From a virus: DNA of 64,000 nt. Position 1 is the stretch's first letter; each line of letters starts with the position of its first letter. The position numbers were made by a program, and so were the translations under genes. Under the pieces are notes generated by a model that made no database searches, was not told where the DNA came from, and saw only the letters and a list, made by a program, of their open reading frames with translations. The stretch is taken from IMG/VR virus record IMGVR_UViG_3300050034_000187, positions 103,866 to 167,865 of that record; one strand, 5' to 3'. Of the stretch, positions 57,397 to 64,000 are shown one piece after another.

Positions 57397-58562
57397 CGGG
57401 TAGCAGCTTCCTGCTTCATCGATACAACTTTCATATCTCCACAGGCATTTTTACTGGTGGCAATTCCTGCCATACCAATCTTTAAAATATTAACTGCTGC
57501 ATTATAATCGCGGTTTGCTACAAAACCACAAGCAGGGCATACATATTTCCTTTCGGAAAGAGGCATCTTTTGTTGACGGCCGCATTCGGAACATAATTGA
57601 GAGGAAGGTGCAAACCGAGCTATTTTATGCATTGCTCCACCTTTCCATTTCATCTTGTATTCCAAATATGTTATGAATTGACTCCAGCCGCAATCCGATA
57701 TTGCTTTTGCCAATTTGTGATTTTTTAACATGTTCTTTACAGCTAGGTCTTCTACAAATACATTGTCATTGCTTTTGGCTATCGAGCAACTACCTTTATG
57801 TAAGAAATCCTTTCTTTGAAATCTTGTTTTTCTATACATCTTTGCTAATTTAACTTTTGCTTTGCTATAATTATGACTTCCTTTTTTCTTTCTTGCTAAA
57901 TTTTGTTGCAATTTCTTTATTTTATCTTCTGAATTTCTTAGGTACTTTGGATTATCAATATATTCACTTTCTGAGGTAACCGCGAATGACTTAATTCCTA
58001 AGTCAATGCCCAAAGAGGTACTTTCTTTAACTTCTAATTGATATGAAATATCCGGTACTTCGGTTAAAATAGAAACGTACCATTGATCGATATATCTAGA
58101 AATAGTAATTGATTTCATAATACCAATTAATTCTCGATGTTTCTTAATTTTTATTTGACTTAATTTGGGAATTTTGATATACTTATCAAGTAAAGAAATA
58201 TGTTTTCCTACTTGAGGAATATAAATACCTGATTCATTGGAACCTTTCTTTTTAAAGTGGGGAAATCCCACGTCCATGCTTTTGCGATTCTTACAATAAG
58301 TTCGTAAGGATTGATCCAAGGATCTTCCTATGTATTGAAGAGAATGTGCAGGAGCATTTAACCAAGGATATTGAACTTTCAACGAAGGTAATTGCATATT
58401 TAATGCATATTTCCAAATAAATGTCTTATCTTTCTTATATTGCTCAATATTTTGCTCTAAGAATAGGTTCCAAATAAATCTGGTTTGTCCTAACCAATTG
58501 ATCAAGGCATTAGCTTGTTCTTTGTTTGGATAAATTCGATATTTGAATGCCCTGTTCATCAT
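57360..58562 (-). CDS. tnpB: TnpB
   Basis: AFKYRIYP, GIDLG, VEDL, NRDYNAA and a zinc finger; ORF reads through the right end. Confidence 0.95.
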   Translation of the reverse strand: MMNRAFKYRIYPNKEQANALINWLGQTRFIWNLFLEQNIEQYKKDKTFIWKYALNMQLPSLKVQYPWLNAPAHSLQYIGRSLDQSLRTYCKNRKSMDVGFPHFKKKGSNESGIYIPQVGKHISLLDKYIKIPKLSQIKIKKHRELIGIMKSITISRYIDQWYVSILTEVPDISYQLEVKESTSLGIDLGIKSFAVTSESEYIDNPKYLRNSEDKIKKLQQNLARKKKGSHNYSKAKVKLAKMYRKTRFQRKDFLHKGSCSIAKSNDNVFVEDLAVKNMLKNHKLAKAISDCGWSQFITYLEYKMKWKGGAMHKIARFAPSSQLCSECGRQQKMPLSERKYVCPACGFVANRDYNAAVNILKIGMAGIATSKNACGDMKVVSMKQEAATRYGRSSSLISEA

Positions 58563-58618
58563 AGATATTTATACTTTACAAAACGAGCCAGTCAAACTCA
58601 TTCTGGTTCAAAAACACA
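57377..58618 (-). mobile_element. IS1341-type TnpB-only element, target TTTAT
   Basis: RE guide GAAG plus hairpin ending TTCAC; precise excision restores the HD reading frame. Confidence 0.88.
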
Positions 58619-58660
58619 ATAAATACGCCAGAGCAAGGAAGCGTTTGACGGAGGAGCTAA

Positions 58661-58993
58661 ATGTTTAAAAAATGGTGGAATAAACTATTAAGTAAAAATA
58701 AAAAATACAATAATAAAAAGAATTTATCATACGAAAAAGAAAAGGCAACCAAAAATCATGAGCCTTGGGTTGGTATTGTATCAATCAATGTTGACCCAGA
58801 AGATATGGGTTCAGGTTCATTTGAGCTTGATTGGAATGAAATATTCGTTGCCCGTCTTGTTAGATTGGGGTGGTCTGGAAAAAATGATGTTGATATTGTG
58901 AATGCATGGTTCTCCGATTTGTGCGGAGGAGTATATTATAATATGTTTGAAGATGAAATGGCTGATCCAGACAATAGGAAGCCGAAGGAATAA
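58661..58993 (+). CDS. Conserved phage hypothetical protein
   Basis: EPWV...FELDWN motif; GGAGG RBS; precedes RNase H. Confidence 0.7.
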   Translation: MFKKWWNKLLSKNKKYNNKKNLSYEKEKATKNHEPWVGIVSINVDPEDMGSGSFELDWNEIFVARLVRLGWSGKNDVDIVNAWFSDLCGGVYYNMFEDEMADPDNRKPKE

Positions 58994-58994
58994 T

Positions 58995-59981
58995 ATGAAA
59001 AAGTTTTTACTTGTAGATGCCTCACATTTATATCATCGGGCCAAACATTCTGTAAAGGGAAATGATTATGATAAAGCTGGTTTTTGTCTTCATTTAATTT
59101 TTTCTTGTTTAGGAAAAGTTTGGAGAAAGTATAAGTCGGATCATATTGTATTTGCTTTTGATGGTAACCAATATTGGCGCAGAGAATTATATTCCCCTTA
59201 TAAAAAGCAACGTATTGAAAAAGCAGCTAAGCGAAGTCAAGAAGAAAAAGAAGAAGATGATTATTTTTTTGAAGTCTTCGAAGTTTTTAAAAAGTTTGTT
59301 ACGGAAAAAACAAACTGCACAGTATTATATCATCCTAAATTAGAAGCAGATGACAATATTGCTGGCTGGGTACAATCACATCCAAATGATGAACATATTA
59401 TTGTATCGGGAGACAAGGATTTTGAGCAATTAATTTCATCAAATGTTTCTCTGTATGATGGAATTAAAGATCATCTAAATACGTTGACTGGGGTATATGA
59501 TGAAAGAGGGCATCAAGTAACTGATAAGTTTGGAACTGTTTTAATTCCAAATCCAGAATTAAGTTTATTTGAAAAAGAAGTTAAAGGTTGCACAACTGAT
59601 AATATTTTTTCATCAAGTCCGGGCATTCGTATAAAATCTTCTAAAAACAAAGTTGGATTAATGGAAGCATTTGAAGATAGAAATAAAAAAGGGTTTGCGT
59701 GGAGCGCAGTTATGATGAATCGATGGGTCGATCATAATAATATTGAACATCGTACCTTGGATGATTATACTCGAAATGTTACCTTGGTGGATTTAAAGAA
59801 GCAACCAGAAGAAATTAAAAAAATCATGAATGAAACTATTTCATCTGCTATTCAAAAGCCGCATGTTCCCATGGTAGGAATTCATTTCATGAAATTCTGT
59901 TCAAAATATGAATTAGTTAAATTAGGAGAGATGAATAAGTTTTATGGGGAAATGTTAAATAAACCATATGGCACTCTCTAG
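58995..59981 (+). CDS. rnh: T4-type RNase H / 5'-3' flap exonuclease
   Basis: LVDAS, AFDG, WRR..Y..YK..R, EADD, SGDKDF.QL and DNI. Confidence 0.92.
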   Translation: MKKFLLVDASHLYHRAKHSVKGNDYDKAGFCLHLIFSCLGKVWRKYKSDHIVFAFDGNQYWRRELYSPYKKQRIEKAAKRSQEEKEEDDYFFEVFEVFKKFVTEKTNCTVLYHPKLEADDNIAGWVQSHPNDEHIIVSGDKDFEQLISSNVSLYDGIKDHLNTLTGVYDERGHQVTDKFGTVLIPNPELSLFEKEVKGCTTDNIFSSSPGIRIKSSKNKVGLMEAFEDRNKKGFAWSAVMMNRWVDHNNIEHRTLDDYTRNVTLVDLKKQPEEIKKIMNETISSAIQKPHVPMVGIHFMKFCSKYELVKLGEMNKFYGEMLNKPYGTL

Positions 59982-60321
59982 AGCAGAATGGGAAGAAGAA
60001 GCAAAAAAGAATCTTCCTTCCATCATTAATGGAATGTCAATTGACGATGAGCAATGGTGGAAACTTCCAATTTCAAAAACCAATTTCAGATTAACACAGA
60101 TGGGATATACTCGATTTAAAATTGCCATTCCAAAGTATTACGAATATACCGGAATAAATATGGGAAGACTTAATGGAAATTCTATTTTAGGATTATCCAG
60201 AATAACTTCTCCTTTTTATCTTAGTTCACAAAAATTTTGTACTTGGTCCGAGGATGATGCACTTATGTTTTCAATGCTCGGGGAAAATATGGATGAATTT
60301 ATCCTATCTTACATATCATAG
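59968..60321 (+). CDS. Hypothetical phage protein
   Basis: WW...RLT..G pattern; operon packing. Confidence 0.6.
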   Translation: MALSRAEWEEEAKKNLPSIINGMSIDDEQWWKLPISKTNFRLTQMGYTRFKIAIPKYYEYTGINMGRLNGNSILGLSRITSPFYLSSQKFCTWSEDDALMFSMLGENMDEFILSYIS

Positions 60322-60334
60322 GAGGCTATCTCAC

Positions 60335-60808
60335 ATGAAGTCATTTAGTGAGTACCTTGTTGAAGTTGAAAAAGAATCAAAAGGAACATTTGCTGGATTA
60401 AAATTATCTCCGCAAAGTTCTTTAAAATTATATTCTGCTCTTTCCGATTTGGAAATTGAAAATAAATTAAATGCAGAACAATATCACTGTACTATTATTT
60501 GCTCTAAAAAATATGTTCCTGAATTAGAAGGAATCAAACCAAATTTACCAATTAGCTCTCAATGTCTTGATTGGGATATGTTGGGAGATTGCTTAGTTAT
60601 TACTTTAAAAGGAAAGCATCTTTATAAGCTATATGAGGAATGTATTAATATGGGTGCAGTGAGTGATTTTGAAGAATACATTCCTCATATCACAATTGCT
60701 CCTCATTATGAAGGGGAACTTCCAACTATTCCATGTCCAAAAATTAAACTACTATTTGATGAATTCGCGGTTGATGAATTAAATGACGAGGTATATAAAA
60801 ATGAGTAA
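60335..60808 (+). CDS. acb1: 2H phosphodiesterase, Acb1/T4 gp57B-like
   Basis: HCTI..S and DFEEYIPHITI (two HxT motifs); GGAGG RBS. Confidence 0.8.
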   Translation: MKSFSEYLVEVEKESKGTFAGLKLSPQSSLKLYSALSDLEIENKLNAEQYHCTIICSKKYVPELEGIKPNLPISSQCLDWDMLGDCLVITLKGKHLYKLYEECINMGAVSDFEEYIPHITIAPHYEGELPTIPCPKIKLLFDEFAVDELNDEVYKNE

Positions 60809-61619
60809 AGCTCCAATTGTAATTTGTGCTATTATGAAGTTAGAAGGGAAATATATACGAGAATGGTGTGCATTCCATCGCATTGCTGGTGTAGATAAAA
60901 TTTATATCTATAATAACAATGTAGAAAATGATTGGGAGGAAGCTCTACAGCCGTTTCTTGAGGATGGTTTTGTTGAAGTGATGGATTGGCCAATGGAATC
61001 TCCTTGCCAACTACAAGCGTATCAGAACTTCATTAATAAGCATATGGGGGAAGATATCTGGGCAGCATTTATTGATTGTGATGAATTTTTATTTGCTCCG
61101 CAACATTCAACTCTGCATGCTTATTTTGATCAAATTCCAAAATCAATTGCGATTGGCGCTAATTGGTGTTGTTTTGGTTCCGGCGATCAAACTGAATATT
61201 CTCCTCAGCCGGTGATTGAAAGATTTGCATATCGGACTTGCGATAATGAATGGAATAATTCTCATATTAAAAGTATTATTCGAATGAATCAACAAGTACA
61301 ATTGCTAGGTACTCCTCATTTTTTTAATGTAGAAAATAAAACTTGGTCTACTTCTGGCAAAGAAATCAATGGACCTTTTTCTACGCATGATTCTTCATAC
61401 CTACGAATTAATCATTATAAAACCAAAAGTAAGCCTGAATTTATTGATCGTTGCAAAAAGGCCAAAAAAGCAGATATTCCAAATTATGTATTAAATTGGG
61501 AACATTATAATTCCGTTCAAGCAAAAGCGGTACATGATATTACTATTCAAAAATATCTTCCACAATTAAAAAAATATTTGGAAGAACTGAATTCAAAACA
61601 ATTAAATTTTAAATTCTAA
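60801..61619 (+). CDS. Glycosyltransferase (GT92/GT2-like)
   Basis: CAIMK.E..YI.EW..FH, FIDCDEF, KSI and INHY. Confidence 0.85.
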   Translation: MSKAPIVICAIMKLEGKYIREWCAFHRIAGVDKIYIYNNNVENDWEEALQPFLEDGFVEVMDWPMESPCQLQAYQNFINKHMGEDIWAAFIDCDEFLFAPQHSTLHAYFDQIPKSIAIGANWCCFGSGDQTEYSPQPVIERFAYRTCDNEWNNSHIKSIIRMNQQVQLLGTPHFFNVENKTWSTSGKEINGPFSTHDSSYLRINHYKTKSKPEFIDRCKKAKKADIPNYVLNWEHYNSVQAKAVHDITIQKYLPQLKKYLEELNSKQLNFKF

Positions 61620-61645
61620 AAGATGGGCAAATTGCCCATCTTTTT
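61618..61645 (+). terminator. Intrinsic terminator
   Basis: AAAAGATGGGC-aaatt-GCCCATCTTTTT. Confidence 0.8.
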
Positions 61646-61681
61646 CTTGCAATCAAGGTGAATCTATGATAATATTCAGAT

Positions 61682-61912
61682 ATGAAAACACCATCTGATC
61701 TTGATCCGTGGGGAGAGAATGCAAAAGATATTAATGGATTTCATGTGAAAAACGGATGTTTGGCGAGAGAACTTTCTACCGGCTTCTGCGGAAAAATGAA
61801 ATATGATTTCGAAGACAGCTATTGGGAATTAGATGGAGAAATTGTTGATCCCAAAGAGGTAGAAGTTATAACTGATCCCTATGAAATTCTAGCATTGGAG
61901 ATGGAACAATGA
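61682..61912 (+). CDS. ME-tail family small protein (array E)
   Basis: DINGFHVKNG; TDPYEILALEMEQ. Confidence 0.78.
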   Translation: MKTPSDLDPWGENAKDINGFHVKNGCLARELSTGFCGKMKYDFEDSYWELDGEIVDPKEVEVITDPYEILALEMEQ

Positions 61913-62166
61913 TAACTTATTGGCGTGATTTGCATCTGAAGAAAGGGATGTATATTGCCGCAGCCTTGCTTTTGGATGGCACGGTCCAAAGAATATACAA
62001 AGTTAAAAAAGTGGATAAAAGTGAAATATTATTGGAAAATATCCCTACCGGACTCAGCAAAGGAGAGAATATAATTACCGCAAAAACTTATTGGATTATT
62101 CACAAAAATTATTTCGTCAAGATTTTATCTGACGAAGACGTTCTTCAACTTCAAATGGAGCTATAA
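61909..62166 (+). CDS. ME-tail family small protein (array E)
   Basis: LSDEDVLQLQMEL. Confidence 0.78.
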   Translation: MITYWRDLHLKKGMYIAAALLLDGTVQRIYKVKKVDKSEILLENIPTGLSKGENIITAKTYWIIHKNYFVKILSDEDVLQLQMEL

Positions 62167-62167
62167 T

Positions 62168-62425
62168 ATGGAAGATTTTATGCGGCTTTCTGATAAAAAT
62201 GGAAATGACGTTCAAGAAGGAGACTATGTTCGCATCCAAACAAATTCCATATCAGGAACTTTAATTGTCACCACACAAAAAGTAGTTAGATCCTTCTGGG
62301 TGGATACAAAAACAATGGAACCAATTTGTTATATTAGAGATAAGAATTGGGAGCGAATAGATTCCAGCCGAATAGAACTTATAACTGATCCTTATGAAAT
62401 TTTGGCATTACAGATGGAGGAATAA
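62168..62425 (+). CDS. ME-tail family small protein (array E)
   Basis: DKNGNDVQEGD; TDPYEILALQMEE. Confidence 0.78.
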   Translation: MEDFMRLSDKNGNDVQEGDYVRIQTNSISGTLIVTTQKVVRSFWVDTKTMEPICYIRDKNWERIDSSRIELITDPYEILALQMEE

Positions 62426-62428
62426 TAT

Positions 62429-62812
62429 ATGCATGGCGATATAACTTTTAAAATTGGAGATCTTGCTGCTTCTTTTATCATTGATCCAGAAAATGAGGAA
62501 AAATGGCTTATCGTGGGAAAATTAATTAACGATGAAAAAGGGTGGAAAGTATATGATGTTCCAACAGGTTATGGAGATACCTCGATATTAAAGCAGAGAA
62601 AGGGGAGTTTTCGTACTATGATTCTTGATAAAAATGGAGTAGAATTTACTGAAGGATGCTGGTTAAAAGTGGACGGCAAGGAACCACAATTTGTGAAAGG
62701 AAAGAATATAGTCATGGATCTTTCGGAACTTGGAAATAATGAATATATAATCAACGGCATGGAAATCATTACCGATCCATCTGAAATTCTGGCGTTAGAA
62801 ATGGAACAATAA
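62429..62812 (+). CDS. ME-tail family protein with two domains (array E)
   Basis: FKIGD and DKNGVEFTEG; TDPSEILALEMEQ. Confidence 0.78.
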   Translation: MHGDITFKIGDLAASFIIDPENEEKWLIVGKLINDEKGWKVYDVPTGYGDTSILKQRKGSFRTMILDKNGVEFTEGCWLKVDGKEPQFVKGKNIVMDLSELGNNEYIINGMEIITDPSEILALEMEQ

Positions 62813-62900
62813 TATATTTTATCATTGACAATGCTCTCCAAATTTGATATTCTTATTATGTTGTTGAGAGACAACAAATCAAAAAGGAGAATATCAGCAT

Positions 62901-63956
62901 ATGGCAAGCGTCAATATCAAGCACGGAATCTACCATCCTACTCATCCTGAAATCATTGAAAACGAAACGTTTGAACTGGTGAAGGACTTGCAGAATACCA
63001 CAAAGGGTGATTTTGGCGGGTTCCTTACCGTAAAGGATATGGATCGTTTCGGCGGTAATGGCCTTGCTCGTATCTACATCTATGGCCTCAAGGATTTCAT
63101 GATCTTTGGAGAAGTTCGCCAGCAGAACGGCCATGATTATTCGAATGATGCTGCCTTTCAACCCGAAGTGCCTGTTGAGAGCGATGAAGAGATTATGACT
63201 CGTATCAATGAGAGGTTCAATGTGCTGGATAAGCTTACTCTCGCAGCCGCAAAGGGCACCATTCGTTCTCTCATTGTTTCCGGGGCACCGGGAGTTGGGA
63301 AGTCATTTGGCATCAACAAGATGCTGGAAGAGTATGCCGAGAGCAAGCGCGATACCTTGAAGTCTTCCGAAGAACGCTTTGTCTTTGTTTCGGGGGTAAT
63401 GCGTCCGGTTGCTCTTTATATGAAATTCTTTGAATATTCGAAAAATTCGGTAATTGTGCTTGACGACGTAGATTCTGCGTTTGGAGATGTGGATTCTATC
63501 AATTTGCTCAAATCCGCACTCGATTCTTCCCCAAAGCGTACCATTCATTGGGGTTCGCAGAACCCCACCCTTCGGGCATTGGATATTCCTGATTCTTTTG
63601 AATTTACCAGTTCCGTAATTTTCGTAACCAACATCAACATCAAGAACGTGCGTGCCGGTGATTCGAAAAAGGTTCATCTGGATGCCCTTCTTTCGCGCAG
63701 CCATTATATTGACCTCACGGTCCACACTCCCCGGGAAAAGATGCTTCGCATCGAGTCCGTTGTGCTTCAGAATGGTATGCTGGACAGATATCATCTTAGC
63801 GGAGAGTGCAAGCTGGATATCATGGAATTTATTCGGAAGAATGCGGATAAATTCAGCGAAGCTCTTAGCTTGCGCACGGTGGTAAAGATTGCTGATCTGG
63901 CTGTTGCATTTCCCAATGCAGAATGGAAGGCGATTGCAAAGATTAGCTTGATGTAA
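62901..63956 (+). CDS. Phage AAA+ ATPase
   Basis: GAPGVGKS, VLDDVD, FVTN, ALLSR and SLRT. Confidence 0.85.
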   Translation: MASVNIKHGIYHPTHPEIIENETFELVKDLQNTTKGDFGGFLTVKDMDRFGGNGLARIYIYGLKDFMIFGEVRQQNGHDYSNDAAFQPEVPVESDEEIMTRINERFNVLDKLTLAAAKGTIRSLIVSGAPGVGKSFGINKMLEEYAESKRDTLKSSEERFVFVSGVMRPVALYMKFFEYSKNSVIVLDDVDSAFGDVDSINLLKSALDSSPKRTIHWGSQNPTLRALDIPDSFEFTSSVIFVTNINIKNVRAGDSKKVHLDALLSRSHYIDLTVHTPREKMLRIESVVLQNGMLDRYHLSGECKLDIMEFIRKNADKFSEALSLRTVVKIADLAVAFPNAEWKAIAKISLM

Positions 63957-63985
63957 AAGGAAGGGGATTAATCCCCTTCCTTTTT
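63955..63985 (+). terminator. Intrinsic terminator
   Basis: AAAAGGAAGGGGA-ttaa-TCCCCTTCCTTTTT. Confidence 0.85.
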
Positions 63986-64000
63986 CTTTATCAGTTTTGC

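Noticed and set aside
11719-62812. Diversity-generating retroelement as the source of ME-tail variation
   Set aside because: No reverse transcriptase or template repeat in the window, and differences are not adenine-specific
1-64000. tRNA/rRNA genes, stop-codon recoding and the many short antisense ORFs in the track
   Set aside because: No cloverleaf or rRNA recognised by eye (tRNAscan-SE would be decisive); long genes are intact in code 11; antisense ORFs shadow well-supported genes

Overview
AT-rich segment of a large T4-like (jumbo) bacteriophage genome in the standard genetic code. No tRNA or rRNA was recognised. 0.2-9.2 kb is a late module with TAAATA promoters, mostly leaderless, and proteins with capsid-targeting-like N-termini: glycosyltransferase, virion repeat protein, HAD nucleotidase, Dps, Nudix, four ADP-ribosyltransferase-like paralogs and an HNH gene. 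The rest is a + strand early/middle region packed with sigma70 promoters. It carries replication genes (helicase-primase-like fusion, NAD ligase, family B polymerase split around an HNH gene, clamp, RNase H, DsbA), counter-defence genes (C5 MTase, NAMPT plus NadM-Nudix, Acb1-like), four TnpB elements with resolvable ends and an orphan TnpB right-end copy. Three candidate novel systems stand out. (1) An RlmN/Cfr-like radical-SAM enzyme whose catalytic AACGQL tail is a separate, unannotated 46-aa gene. (2) A nuclease-dead, C-terminally truncated Cas12m-like effector with a 3-repeat mini CRISPR array. (3) About 27 small paralogs in five tandem arrays with variable cores and a shared EExLQxxMEx tail whose codons also supply the next gene's Shine-Dalgarno. 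All family assignments come from motif recognition by eye; no searches were run.
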